Shown piece by piece: positions 39,820 to 54,500 of a stretch of 64,000 bases of DNA; within the stretch, counting starts at the first letter, position 1; every line of letters begins with the position of its first letter. The notes under the pieces are model-generated. The model ran no database searches. It was not told the DNA's origin and worked only from the letters and a program-made list of their open reading frames with translations. The DNA comes from Octopus vulgaris. Taxonomy: Eukaryota. The position numbers were made by a program, and so were the translations under genes. Location: assembly GCA_951406725.2 (NCBI GenBank), contig OX597816.1:149234001-149298000 (forward strand), written 5' to 3'.

Positions 39820-40779
39820 CAACACACTGGGGGTAGCATGTGATTCCTTAAATTAGATATAACCTCTTTAAGAGACTGAACTTTACAATAGGGCAAAAAC
39901 TGAGGACCAGAATATGATATCGAAGTACAGATCCAGCAAAGATCTTTTTGTTTTCTTGGTTCTCTTCATACATCTAACAAGATACTTGTTTGAATTTGTT
40001 ATGAAATTCTGGTTTCACACAAACGCTTTATTTAATCAATATCTATGGATATTACATAAAAAGAACACATAGTTCAACCTTATTACAAATAGCAGCCAAA
40101 TGTCAAACCACATATACACTCTACAGTCCCTCAAAACGAGGATGAGACTGGTCAGGCCTTACTTGCCTTTCAGCTTTAAGTCTACTCGCTTTTAAAGACG
40201 AATTAGGGTTGAACAACAAACAAATTTTTTTTTACAATACATCAATTTTGTTTTCAGTCATTGGACTGCGGCCATGCTGTGGAACAGCCTCAACGGGTTT
40301 AGCCGAACAAATCGACCCCAGTACTTGTTTTTTAAAGTTTAGTACTTATTCTGTCGTTTCCTTTTGCCGAATTGCTACATTACAGAGGTAAAGAAACCAA
40401 CACCGGTTTTCAAGCAGTGATGGAGGACAAACACATTATATATGAAATATAACAAAACGAAGACCCACAAAATTGTATAATGTGACCTTTCATACTGAAT
40501 ATGTTAATTGAACTACGAAATATATTTATGAATTATTTCAGAATAGTTTCAAGTTAATGCTTCAAATTACCTCCCCTGTACTACGATACTATTTCACATT
40601 TCTTTCTAACTCCACGCGCTCCAAAGGACAAATAATTATAAAACTTTTGTGACAGCTACACCTACCACCGTCCCATGGACTTTCATAAGTAAGCTAAGAG
40701 ATAAATTTACTATAATTTAATTTTACTTTAAGCCGATTCTAGTACTCCTTTTTTATACGCGATCTTTCATTCATTCGTT

Positions 40780-42330
40780 TATAAAATACAAGCTTCTCTG
40801 TTACATGTCGGTCCGTTAACATTAATTTCTTTTATATTTTTTAAAAAGTAAGACAGACGGTACCCATAATTATTCAGAAACCTTCCAAGATTAGATGGAG
40901 AGAAGGCATCCTGAAACCAGAGATAAGACTTAAATGCTTGCAACATAGTGCATGCTGCTAAGGGCATCGAAGTGGGCCACAAAAGGATTTGAATAATGAA
41001 CACAAACAGCTGGAACAAATACTACAAGGCAACCTGCTATTATTTCAGTTCCATCAATTCATAACCCAAAATGATAAAATCCAAGTGTCACAATAAATAA
41101 CACAGCATTCTATCTGATGCTTCAATGGCTACCAATTTGTTGCTCTAATATAAATGAAAGATGTTCACAGCACCTAGGTTTCACAAGCAGTCACTTGCAT
41201 TGTAGAAAAATCACGGAGATCTGTCAAGATTCCAAACATCAAGTTCAAATTCAATTATAATGGTTTGCTACAATAAAACCATTTGCAACTCAGTACTTAT
41301 TAGCATTAAGCACAAAGTATTGGTTAAGGAAGGAAAGTAGGTTCCAATATTTTGCTTTCCTCATGTTGAATGGAATCACAGTGACAAATGTCATAATGAA
41401 CTTCTGTGTGGGACAATAACATAAGATCTTCAGAACCAAGTTGAAATTACAAAACTGCTACCTGATCAGAACAGCATAATTAACAATTATCTTAAAAGTT
41501 TAATTTCAGAAATGTAGACTATTTTCCCTTGATGTACCTGGAAAGGTGGCGGCTCATGCTGCATTCAAGTCCCCTTTCAACTCGGTAATAAATGAAAGTG
41601 CTACAGAAAGCATCAGCAAAGGAACTGGGATGATAGAGGTTCGAAGAAGTTGCAAATTCATAATTTGGAATGAATATACAATGCTTCACAAAGTAACAGA
41701 AGTTTTGGACAGGGCATTGTATAAACAAAAAGATAAAGGGGAAATCCTTGCTTTTATGTTGGAGATTTTAGACAGATACGGGCTGTTGCTTTAGGAGAGA
41801 CAAGAACAGATGAACATTTACTTAAGATCTCATATCTTTGGAGAAATGTAATGAAATTACACTTATCTACCAATTTAAAAGACAATCCATTTGCTTATCA
41901 GTTAATTGGCCAATCTGTAAACAAGTCACTGCAACAATAGAAAATTCAAACCAAATGAAGAGGAAGAATTAATATGGGAACAGTAAGCAAAACACTACCA
42001 TCTGCTCACAAACCAAAAGGAATGTCTACTCAAATCTTTCTGAATAACTATCAGAATCACAGAAAGAGTAATATTAGTTCTAAAGAACAGTTGCAGCTGA
42101 TGGCATCAACACAGTTTCTGCAGTAGCTTCTACTAAGAACCATTGTTACTAATCTTTTGAAATAGTACTTGATATCCAAAAAGAGTTTCTAAATTAACTA
42201 GAAGTTTCAGGAAACCTACTACAAAAATTTAAATTTTTAAATAAGGAAATGGCTATCATGCTCCTTATAACTTGAATTCAGCAGGAACAAAATGTCACTG
42301 GTAAGACTATAACTTTTTGGACATGACAAA
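40780..42330 (+). mobile_element. Decayed Helitron RepHel fragment (PIF1 helicase region)
   Basis: AHAAFKSP...ISKGTGM..V...CKFIIWNEYTMLHK..EVLDRAL, GDFRQI..V, YLWRNVMKLHLSTN and an EFLN.LE.SG-like segment; many frameshifts. Confidence 0.85.
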
Positions 42331-44529
42331 GAGGTATTCATGAGTATGTTTAAGAATCTTGTTTCCTGACCCTGTGGTTTAAGACTCACTTTCACTGCTC
42401 AGCCCTTGAGCAAGTATCTTCTACATAAATAAATTAGAAAACCTTTCAACTCACCCCACTCCCGTATTATTGCAAAATATTCCCAAATACACGTTTGACG
42501 TGAAAAATTAGTATCTTTTATCTCTTATGTATACAATGTCATTTGTAAATTTTCTTTTTCATTAAACACAAATTTTACAACTCTTAACTGATCGGATTGT
42601 GAAAGTTAGGGTTATGTTCATTGAAGATCATATGATCTTCAGTATTTTTACACACACTAACAAAAAATCTGGGTTCATTGATTCTGAGGAACAATACGAT
42701 AAACATTGGATTTTGTTTCTCTATCATAAGCAAGATAAGGACAAATATAAAGGCAAAAGCTATCCAGACCAAATTATTTGACAGGCAATACATCCAAATC
42801 ATCAATTCTCATCCTTAATAGAACAGAAAATAATGAACTTATAAAAATTGATAGACACAATGAAATGGAAATCCATACATTTTTTTTTGTATTGATTCAA
42901 AATATAAAGGCAAAATTTAAATATGTAAATAATGAAATACTTATATTTCATTGTATATACAGCATAAAGCAAGAATTGTAAGTTTCCATCATTCCTAAAT
43001 TAGAAATTATTATTACTAACAAGTTTTATTTAGATGAAATACGAAACATCAAAGAAACACGTCAAGATAATTTATGAATAGAAGTGAAAGACATCACAAA
43101 TATCATCACTACTCGATCACCAAAATGAAAGCAGCTTTAGGCTATGGTTTAAAATTAAAACGACTACATATTTTATGTGAATACTTTAATCTATAGAAGA
43201 ACCCACAAACACTAGTCAAGTTAAGTTTACAGTTGAATTAAATCTCTCACTACATAGAATCATTCGATAATTAACACTCAGATTAGATTGATGATATACG
43301 CAATCCAAAGATTCAATGTTACACATGTAGAGTGAATAAAACACTAGATTTGATTAGGTCAATAGATTATCCACTCTTTTACATTCTGATAGTCATAAAT
43401 AACTTATACTTAACCCCCTTAATGCTCAAATTATTTTCTTCATCCCAAATTTTCCTTCTATAACTTTATAAGAACGAAAAAAAAAAACTTGGATGCGTTG
43501 CCAATATTCATTGAAATGTGTGGTTTTTAGAAGACACTTTAGTCTTATGGTTAATGGCAATGCTTCGGTATTCGTATTAAGAGTGACATTTTAAAAAGCA
43601 ACTGCTTTTAGATATATCTCTAAAATCGTTGGTAAATTAATAATCAATTCTTGTGAACTCAAAAAAAAAAGACCATGGGCATTAATGAGTTAAGCTTGAG
43701 GTTTAAAAACTGCTAGTCAAGTTAAGATAAAAGAGAATTAACTTAGTTGGAGGTGATCCAACGAAGAAACAAACTTAAGCCATTAGCTTCACTTAGAAAC
43801 TCAACCACAATTTAATATAACACTTTTCACCAGTTTCAGAATGACAGTGAGTTAAAAGAAAAATCAATAAATTTCAAACTAAAATTATCATATAATCCAC
43901 AACCTTTCTTATACTGAGCACATACGGTCTCTCCAGATTTAGTAAGCGTGTAAACGTTCACTAGTATATTTGTTCAGTATTGTTTTAACAGTTCTTCTAA
44001 AATAAATTGCATCTATCAGTTTAACAGCTTGTGTACGAGTAAATTAAGAACATTCATCTTTCCAAATATTGAATAAAAGTATCCCATCCTTTTCTATTTA
44101 TATATAACAATCGTTTCTTCAAGTGAAATTTACATACATAGTGATGGTTTGTCACTCTTTTTGATCTTAGAAACATACCATATATTATTGTTTATACAAT
44201 ACCGAAATAGAAAGAACAAGGAATTTGAATGCAGAACGTAAATAATATGGTTAGGAACGGAAAGACAACAGTGATTTTTAAGAAACGATGAAGATACAAA
44301 ACGTGACCATAGACTGATTGTCTAGATTTACTACGTTATATATCTAGCAGCCAGCCTCTAAATTCTCTACACACTACATGACGTCAAACTCGAAGTCCAA
44401 CTCAGGTGTGTTCTCATATTGTTTTTCTTTTTCTTTCTCTCTCTCCAACGTTGATGTTACTCGACTCTTTCTATGAGTGTATTTCTCTTTCATATACTCT
44501 ACGTCTGCTACCACTACCATCACACTTTT

Positions 44530-44990
44530 TGTTTATCTCACGTTCTTAGTCAGGCCCATGAAAACTGTTATCTAGCCAGAAAGGGCTCTTATCAATTATT
44601 CAAACGCAAAATCCACTACAATCAAGACTGCGTTACTTCTACAGTTTAATTTTTGATTTCAGTAGAATTTAGTTGTACTCCCTGACGACGAAGCTGTAGG
44701 ACCCATTTCTAAATGGTCTTTCCGACATCTTTATAAATTGCACCTCTAACCGTCCAACCCATGCCAGCAAGAAAGGACGACGTTAAACGATGATGATGAT
44801 CTCGCTAGTATTGCTATGAGGCATAGTCAGACAAAGTACGAGTGCAATTTTTCATAATGGCTTATGTCATTGCTGGCATACCAAAATATTTTTTGTTTCT
44901 TTTTTTTTTTTTTGGTACCTTCATCTGCAGCACGTATAACAACCATATAAGATTTCGATTTACTAGATGACATTTGCTTTTGACCAAACA
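44530..44990 (-). pseudogene. Pseudogenised duplicate of the CENP-B HTH exon
   Basis: Aligns with 38690-39140 (e.g. ttgtactcc.tgacgacgaagctgta.gacccattt); has indels, a premature stop, an altered donor context and an insertion of about 50 bp of SINE tail at about 44749-44800. Confidence 0.88.
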
Positions 44991-45959
44991 GCTTCAAGAT
45001 AACGTCTGCTTAACGCTTCTTACATTACTCACTTTTTACTACACTAAACAACATCCTTGTAAATGGCCTCAAGTAGCACTCGAGTATACAAAACGAATTA
45101 TTGTAGCTTTTATACATTTAAGAGAACTTCGAAAATGTTTTATGGAAGTTAATGAATGGAAATTGTGAAGAAACTAAAATAGGTTTTAAAAGAAGGAAAT
45201 GTGTTAAGTGGAAGTTGAGTGTTGGCTATTTTGTTAAATTGAATGGTGGAATTACAGAAACTTAACAGCTTTTCGCCCCCTTTGGTGCGTGTATATTACA
45301 ATAATTTACACCATAACTAAAAAATGTAATTTCACAGCAGAAAAACTTAATATATGGATTTATTGTTACATTTGGGGACGGTCATCTTTTGCCAGTAAAC
45401 ACATGCTCTATTTACTTGATCTTCATTTTATTAATATTGAGTGAGAGAGCAGTGCATGCCATCAAAGCGACATTGGGGTAAGCTATATGAAGCCCAGTAC
45501 ACCCATCATGGCTACCTGTCTGATAAGAGCACACCAGGTACATGCATCACAACCATATGTGCATGACCTTCCAGGTGGGGCCCAGTGAGAATTTTCATTA
45601 GGTCAAGTAGCCCATCCTGCTCAAATGGTCCCTGAATAAAGGTTGTTTAAGGATGTTGAATGTAAAACCCATGTTTCCAGAGGTGAATTATTCAAATCCC
45701 AAAGAATTCCTATCAACATGCAACTATGATGCCCCCCCCTCACATTATTTCTGTTTGCAATTAGAGATGCACATATCGTCAGCCACCAAGGGACATGCTC
45801 AACTGGTTTTGGTCAAACAACTGACAAGAAAATCTGTGGTATTGAGCAGAATATTTACTGTAGCCCATCTTTTATACCAAAGCGAAAACATGTACATGAT
45901 AACACTTCCAATCACTTAAAATAAAAAACCATGAGGGCCAGTGCCTGGTACTGCATCAG

Positions 45960-46176
45960 GGCATATATTATTATAATTATCATTATTAAGGCAGTGAGCT
46001 GCCAGAATCATTAGCACGCTAGTCGAAATGCTTGCCGTGTTCTGAGTTCAACTTTGCCTTTCATCCTTTTGGGGTTGATAAATTAAATACCAGTGAAACA
46101 TTTGAGGTCAATGTAATCGACTAGTCCCCTCTCCACAAATTTCAGGTCTTGTGCCTTTAGTAGAAGGGATTATTAG
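45960..46176 (+). mobile_element. Second tRNA-SINE family (ggcagtgagctg...gagttcaa...ctttgcctttcatcctt...attatt tail)
   Basis: Related copies at about 16315-16520 and 16590-16760. Confidence 0.6.
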
Positions 46177-47253
46177 TTTATTTTCCAGAGTTCTCTTGTA
46201 CATTCTGTGAGCTCTTCAATGATTTTCTGTCTCTTGTGTTTCCTCTTCTCTCTGGTTTTATCCTGTCTATACCATTTTGTCTTTTGCTGAAGAGGTCACA
46301 GAATGTGTGACGAACTACTACTACTACTACTGTTGCTGCTAAAGTGAAGATATAATAGTGCACGTGTTTATTGGCAAAAGATGACCATCCTCTAATATAA
46401 CAAAATCTATTTCAACACATGATTTCATATCAACAATTTTGCAAAACATAAACATATTAATAATTTACTACTGCACAAAATAAATAAATAAAAAACTGCT
46501 TCAAAAACATTAGTTTTACCAGTAAAGAATGGAAATAACACTGAAGAAATGAAATGTTATAATGACAGTAATTGTAACCATATATAAACAAAAATATAAT
46601 TTTGATACATGCAAAAAGGCATCTGATTCATGTTGCATAAGAAACTGAACTGCAGTTTGCAGGCCCAAAAACTGAAGACCAGTATGTCTACAGTAGTGTA
46701 TATACTATGAATGGTTTCTCTACCACTAGCACAAGGCCACAAATTAATTAGTGAAATAGATAATCAAATCAACTGCAATACTAAACTAATATTTTATTGG
46801 TAATAAATGAATGAAAAGTGAATCCAATCCTGCTGATAAACAAAACAACCATTTCTGCTGTTCCACAAATACTTACAATATATATATATATATTATAAGT
46901 AGAAGTGCTCTTAAAAAATTAGTATACATAAAAATTATTTTGCTTCTTGTATGCTGGTATGCTCAGTAATATATAACTTTACCAATTATTTACTTCATAA
47001 ATAACCATGAAACCTCCAACCAAAGAACAATAATTTACATGATTGTTCAACTTGCCAAAAATCGCAACCAAATCTCCCTGAAACCACACCTTTATGTCTA
47101 AAAATAGACCAAACCAAATAACCTACTCCATTATACCGTATTGCTAAAAAACAAAGGTTCATCATAACTTGAATGCCTTTCAACACAGGGTATTCTGATT
47201 TTTGTCAGACAGGTAAACAGAAGTTAAATATGTACAACATTCTCTCTCTTTTA

Positions 47254-47291
<38 letters not shown>

Positions 47292-47399
47292 ATCATCATC
47301 GTTTAACGTCCGTTCTCCATGCTAGCATGGGTTGGACGGTTCGACCGGGGATCTGGGAAGCCAGAAAGCTGCACCATATATGTATTTAAATTAATTGTC

Positions 47400-48120
47400 T
47401 CATGACTGGTACAGCCAATTATTGTAGGTGTTCATTCTAGATATTCTGGCTGTTGTCTCTATTCATATGTGGAAGGGCTGCAGAACAGAATTTCTTTGCT
47501 TGCTACTTCTTGGCCCCACCCCATAACTATGCCCTGGAGAATAGTTTTGGATAGGGAATCATGGTAGGATACATGTCCATATCAGATGAGCTTTTGTTGT
47601 TTCACTGTGGTAGGGCATGTCTCTCACCTGCCAACGTATCTGGTAAGTTATTGCCTAACAAAGCTGTTGGCTTTGTGCTTTTTACATAGGGGACAAATAA
47701 CAGCCCTCTAAGCAACCGTACTCAAATGCCTGGATTCTAAATTCTGTGTTAAGCTGTAACTGTTCAGCTTTCAAACCCATGTAAAAATTTCTAAGTCAAG
47801 GAGAATTCCTGCAGTTTGAACTTTGATGTAACTACACTGCTGACAATGTTTAACTTCATCATGGCAGAAAAGAATATACCAAATCATACTTTTTATCTCC
47901 TTTTCTGAGCTGCTGTTCTTAAAATGGATCCAAAGTAAAAGCTGTCTACTGTTTCAAGTTTTGCTTTACACAGTATGTTGGTTGCTGCATTGTAGTTGTG
48001 TCTCTTGACTAGTATTTTACTCAATCCTGGACTAGCTTCCATTCCATATGCTCCAACCTTTTTCCAGTCTAGCGTTAAATTCCTAGAGATCTGTTTCATT
48101 GCCACCCAGCCCCATTAGGT
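47400..48120 (-). mobile_element. RTE-like LINE remnant
   Basis: LETVDSFYFGS.L and downstream segments resembling the RTE ORF C-terminus; degenerate. Confidence 0.55.
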
Positions 48121-49299
48121 TGATATAGTCAACAGAATGCCTCCTTTCCATAATCTTATGACACATGTAGCCAATCAGAATTCTTTAAAATATCACTTGG
48201 AAAAACAGGAATAAGTTTACACTAAGTAGCTAATAAGACAAAGTGTGCAAGGCATCCTATTTTTAAGTGAATTATTTATATATGTATAAATATCCCATCT
48301 ATTAAATTGCTTTTGTTCTCTAAAAATCTTTGTTCACACACATATGAGAGAGGAGCTAATCAAAGTTTTTTTTAGAGAAAAACAATTTAATAATTAGATG
48401 GGATAGATCAAGTACCTTATCAACATGAAATAAATGTTAATCACAAATATCGCTTTATACCTTGATGCATGTGGCTGGGCATGCAATATTTTTTTTATAA
48501 CTCACTGGGTCTGGAGGAAGAGGCCATCTTTTGCTGGCCCTCTGATGCTGTTAACATTCTACTTAAGATATTGCAAGTCAATGACTACAGGAAAGAAATG
48601 AGCAAGGAGATAGAAGTTGACATTTTGGACACAGTAATTGGTATGGAGACTGGATGGAAAGACAATATGGATAATAGTAGGTGAAGAGACAAAGAGTCAG
48701 AAGTACTGGAGTGGAGATGTGAGACTAGTCACCTTTGAGGAGCAGTGGCCACAGTAGTAAAAGTAGAAAAGGCAGAGAGAGGAAGTAGGCATGAGTGAGT
48801 CTATGAATGATTTTATGCTAATCAGCTGGGTGGCCTTTTTCTGTCAGTCGACTAGGTCGTCTGTGTGAATAGCAACAGATGTCCATCTTTGATGAGGGAA
48901 CAATATTCCAATGGGTCTCACCTGAACCTTGCAGAAGGTCAGAAAATGTTGGGGGCTGAAATATTTTCTGGCTCTCCTGAAAAGAAAGGTCAGTCTTTCA
49001 GATATGTCCCTCGTTACATTAAGGATGACTATTTCTCATCGAAAGCCTTCTAAATGAAGTGAAGAGAAGCATTTAGAAATGACCATGAGGGCTCTAGTTG
49101 CATACTGCTCATGTTCAAGGAGGTGACATACAATGACATTTTCTTGATATGAGCAGTGCTTGTGTGTTGCTCCTTTTTTACTGTTGAAAGACACAATTTG
49201 CCATGTTCCAATTGAAAAATGCTTTTGAGGTCTCCTATGTTCATAAAGTTAGTGTATATTTTGATGCAACTGTCTAGATTTCATGTGAATGACATTTTG

Positions 49300-49700
49300 T
49301 TAGGTAAAATTAGGGGAGATGAAAGGTGGTATGCTACAGCGAAGTGGCAGAAGATAAAGGCATGCAAGGCGGACAGAAAAAAGCACTTCAAAGAGATACT
49401 CAAAGCCTCATTGAAAAGCTGTGAGATCAACCCTGACACCTGGGAAATGCAAGTACAAGACCACCCTCCCTGGCAAAGCGGCATCAGCAGAGGTGCCACT
49501 TCCTATGAAGAGAACAGGATTGCAGGGGAACAAAGAAATCTTGAACTGCACAAGTCAGCGTCAACTCTTTGCCTTCAGTCCAAGCAGACCACTACAGTCT
49601 TTTGAGCACGCATTGGACTGAACAGCTGGACACATTATGACCAATCTTCTTCTCCCAGGTGATATCTTTGGTCATCATTAACAACAACAGATTAACATCA
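49300..49700 (+). mobile_element. RTE (BovB/RTE-1-like) LINE 3' end
   Basis: KKHFKEILKASLKSCEINPDTWE...QD...W...I..GA..YEENRI, typical of RTE C-termini. Confidence 0.75.
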
Positions 49701-50490
49701 TACCCACCAGAGGGATTTGTGCATTTAATCATACATAGTCAGGAAGACATAGGATGAGAAGGTGAAGCAAGATCTTTGAATGTGGGTTCTCAGAGGCAAT
49801 GACAAGTGATTGTGACCATTGGGAAATTTGCTGTTCTTGAGAAGACTCATCAAGCTAAGTGAAATCATAGTTGTGGCTGGTGCTGGTGGCACATAATAGC
49901 ATCTGTGCCAATAAAAGGCATTGACTACACTCTCTGAGTGGTCAGCATTAGGAAGGGCATCCAGCTGTAGAAACCAAGCCAAAATAAGACTGGAACCTGA
50001 TGCAGCTCTCTGCCCTACCAGTTGCAATCAAACTGTCTAACCCATATCAGCATGAAAAGCAGACATTAAATGATGATGACAATGAATGATGTACATTTGA
50101 TGACCACAGTTGAATGCTGAAAAGATGCAGAACGTGTTCTATACTGAGAATATTCCACAGTGCAAAAGACTCAATGTCTAAATGGTAAGTTAGTAACAGA
50201 GTTTCACATCCTTGACTTCTAGGGAGATCGAATGAGATCTCTGGTATGGTTACATTAAACTCCATATGAATTGTTACAATAAATTATGACAAAGTTATCA
50301 GATTCACACAACAATATCTTACACAATGCTTTCTAACTCTGTATTTGTAACAACTGAATTATAAAACTATTCAACAACAAAAAAGACTTGAAATCAATAA
50401 CTAATCTCTTACACCATTTTACTTATGAGATACTTTAGAACCACTTGAAAAGATAACATTATGCACTCAAATAGATACATTTATTCTTAC

Positions 50491-50903
50491 CTTGAGCTTT
50501 TCTAACTCGCTTGTCACTAATGCCATGAACAAATCGGAAAGCCTTTGAACAAACTCTAATAAACCTCCCATCAATATTTAAAAAATATTCCCATGTACAA
50601 GTTCGACGTGAAAAGTTAGGATCTTTTCTCTTATGCAAACACTGTCCTTTGCAAGCTTTCTTCTTCATTAAATTAGACAAATATAAATTTTGCAAGTTCC
50701 AACTAGCCAAGTTATGAAAGTTAGTAAATAATGTGTACTTCACATGATCTTCAATATCTTTATAAGAACAAAATATTTGAGGGCACTGACACTGGGTTAC
50801 AATATCATAAACAGTGGTTTGTGTTCCAATATGTTTTTCCATCATCAATTCTTTTGTTTTTGTACAGCACAATTGAGAGGTAGAACAAAGGCAATTAAAT
50901 TTT
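50491..50903 (-). CDS. Cys-rich putative DNA-binding exon resembling the N-terminal region of Sola-type transposases; phase-1 donor
   Basis: CQCPQIFC...F.NF.NL..WNLQNLYL...R.CTWEYFL...IRVCSKAFRFVHGISDKRVR; uninterrupted 137 codons; donor CAAG|gtaaga. The 5' boundary is uncertain (phase-2 acceptor at 50903, or ATG at 50845). Confidence 0.75.
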
Positions 50904-51378
50904 CTTTTAAATTATAAGAAAAAGAAATGCATGCTATTCAGTAGTCCATTTTGTCTATCATGACAAACCATGTGATATTTTAAAGGATTCTGATTGGCTA
51001 TATTTGTCATATGCCTTAAAAAGTAACATGAAAAAGTGGTAAGTAAAAGGGAGATAACTAATAAGGACGACATAAGCCATACAAAGGAAAAAATTGATTT
51101 CTTGCACAAAGAAAAAAAAAACGCAATCAATTCCCTCATTTATAGAGTACAAAATAATGTATTGAAAATATATTATAGGGTAGAAAATAATAGAAAACTG
51201 GTAGAAGGAAGCAAAATGCAAAAGATCAAATCCCAAATCTTTTTCACCACATATATATATATATTTTTTTTATTATTAATACTTGGCAGAGGTTACAGTG
51301 ACTCAAAGCTGCAAGCTTTGCGCATCAGCCCTTGAGATACTCTAACTTTTGCTGATAATTAAGACACACACACACACA

Positions 51379-51410
<32 letters not shown>

Positions 51411-51533
51411 CACACACACACATTTATATTTTGAGTTCTATTTTTCTGTTTGCACCACTAAGCCTATACAATGGGGACACACATGCCAAAGCTCAAGATC
51501 TTTAGTGAGACACCACTTTATGTATGAATGTAC

Positions 51534-51586
51534 CTGATGTAACCCAGACTGCAAGATTGATGCAACATAATATGATGTCCAGCATC
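51534..51586 (-). CDS. Candidate upstream exon for the Cys-rich module (DAGHHIMLHQSCSLGYIR), phase 0 to phase 2
   Basis: ggatag|GAT...CAG|gtacat; the end phase matches the 50903 acceptor. Confidence 0.25.
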
Positions 51587-54500
51587 CTATCCATAAAGGA
51601 CAGTCGTAGAATGGGTCAAAACGGTTGTTATACAAAATAGTTATACCAATTCCATGTGTCGTTTCCATCAATTATTATACACACACACACACACGTGTAT
51701 GCTACATTAAATGAGCATGTAGTTAAGATCCTGTTACATTTAATTTTTGTAGGTGGTATAAATAGGAAGAGGTTTCCTTAGCTCAAATATACAACAATAA
51801 CCTACTAATAAGTAATAATTTTTAAACTAGAAAGAACAAAAGATTTGAATGCATCAAAACAACGTGAATAATTTGATAAATGGGGTGGTATGACAGAAAC
51901 TAATAAAATTTACTAAAATGAGTTCAAAACTTAGTTACATAATACAAATGAGGGCCACTTAACTACAAAGATGATAAACCACTACACAACCAAGATCAGG
52001 GCAGCTCATGGGCTTCAATAATCATCTGCAAAAATAGGCCTTTGAAATCCTTGCCTATCAGTACTTTCAAATTGGGAGAACAGTTAATTTTCCAATGTCC
52101 TGTGGAGAATAGATTATTAGCTGTATGGAGACTAGCTTACATTTTTGTACTTTGATATAAACTTATATAATCTCCTCCACAATTAACACATTATTCTCTT
52201 TGATCTCCTTTGGCTCACTCTGAATTTTGACCAATCTCACCACTAATTTGAACAACCATGAAGCACAGCCACTTCAGCTAGATAGGCATTTCTAAAGGAA
52301 TTACTAACCTCCTACACCCTCTTAGTTCAGGCTCATTTTCTTCCTTCTTCCTTTTTATTATCCATCATGGTTTCTCATGTTTAAACTCCTCTCTAGTGTC
52401 ATAAGATGAAAGGGTAGAACTGTGTTGTTCTTCACCCATAGATCCCTTAGATTGTGACCTAGCATGTTGGTGGTACTGAGAATGAGGCAACAAAGTTATT
52501 CTACTCTGGCTATCCTAACAGATTGTTGTCGTTGTCGTCATCATCATCCTCATATTTAATGCCTGCTTTTCATAATAGCATGGGTTGGACAGTTTGACAG
52601 GATCTAACAAGCTACAGGGCTTCATCAGTCTCCAATGTTGGTTTCTCAGCAGTGAGTTCTTTGGAAAACCCCTTCCAAAATGGCTAATGTTGCTTTAATA
52701 TAGAAAATTCCCATATCACATGATAATTTTACTCTGACATGATGATGCCTCCTACAACCGCAGAGTGATACAATCTTGAGAAAGGTATTATCACAGGATG
52801 TAACATGTTAGTGATCCTTTACAGACTTTCTATTGGCATGATGGTAATGTCAACTGAAGTTCAGCAGCAAGAGCTGCTCACCATTTCTGTTCTGGTGCTT
52901 GGTAGTCAGAAGAGCTTAGGGAAGTTAATGATTTGGGCTCACATGAATTTCAATACAGTCAAGAAATACCATCTATCAGCAAAAAATCAGAGTCTGCAAA
53001 AGGTGTTTGACAGCAGCTTGAAAAGCACATCCATTTGTGAGATCAGCTAAGAATTGGAAGCACAATTAGTCACAATGGACCAAATAACTGGAAAGATCAA
53101 GGCTTGGGTAAGGCACCCTCGCATGGGTTCTTTAGCCCCTTTTTGTATACAAGTTCTCAACAACCACAGTTGATGACTTTGAAAGTAGGGTCAGTATTCC
53201 CCTGCAGAAGTGGTTGAGACTACTGTAGAGTCTGAGCTGCAATACTTTGCAGGGACAAAATAATAAGTTCAGAATATGATATGTTAAACAATATTCAGAA
53301 ATTTAAAGGCAAGTTGAAGATAAATCTTGCTATAAGTGAAAAGATGCTTTGAGTTCAACCTATATTAGATATTTTTTTGGAGGAAGCCATCATCTGTTTG
53401 TGTTCTTTCTCAAGAGTTCTTAAAGTCTGGTTCTAACATGCCTTTGACATGTTTTGCTGCTTTACATAACCATGATGGTCTGCCGTAACCCTATTCTTCC
53501 AAACTTTGTGTATGCGCATAGATACACACACTGACATCTATATCTATAGCTTACTTTACTATCAGTTATAACTGAATAAGATCTGGTAGTTTGTACTATG
53601 CATTTATTTATATTAGGTGCTTATGTCATCAAGAGCAGACATGACACTCACCTGGCCTGGCAGAACACTGTGGAAGAGGAGGATGCACCATCAGCCAACC
53701 AGTATTCGATTTCAGTTAAGAAAACATACATCATCATCACTTAACATTCACTTTCCTATGCTAGCATGTATCAGACAGAATTTGTGAGACAGATTTTCTA
53801 TACCCAGATAACCTTCCTCCGGCCAACCATCACTTGTTTCCAAACAAGCCAACATTTCCTCATGGCCAGACATGTTTTTCACAGAAGACTGGAAATGAAT
53901 ATTGTTTGCATGAAGGCAATGTTTGTTTAGAACCATGATGCTTAGACAAAGGCACACACAAACACATATGTATGACGAGTTTCTTTCAATTTCATTCTAC
54001 CAAATCTACTCACAAGATTTTGGTTGAGCTGGGGCTATAGCAGAAAACACAAGTTGAGAACACATGGTTGAGAAGCAAGGTTCTTCAACATGCAGCTATG
54101 CTACACCTTATGTACATATTGTCATTGCTTAATGTCATTTTTCCATGCTGGCATGAAGCATGAATTGGACTGTTTGACAGAAGCCAATAAGCCAGAGGAC
54201 TGTAATAATCTCCAATACCTACTTAGGCCAGGTTTGTATGACTGCATGCCCTTCTTAATGCCAACTACTTCAAAGAATGTACAGGGTACATGGAGCTGGT
54301 ACAAAGTGAGGTCACCAAGTAACTTGTAAGGCAAGATCTCTCAATTGAGGTGGGCATAGTACTGAAGGAGGTGGTTATATGATGATGAGATGTTAAAATA
54401 TGATAGAGGGACAGAAACAGGTGTCTTGCAGTACAGGAGACACTAGACTATTTCAGTTAAAAAGGAGAGCAAATGGTGAAGAGGTGTCAGGATGTGCCTT

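Noticed and set aside
41546-41794. Cellular PIF1 helicase gene
   Set aside because: Frameshifted, intronless, with a degenerate Walker B (WNEY); consistent with a Helitron remnant.
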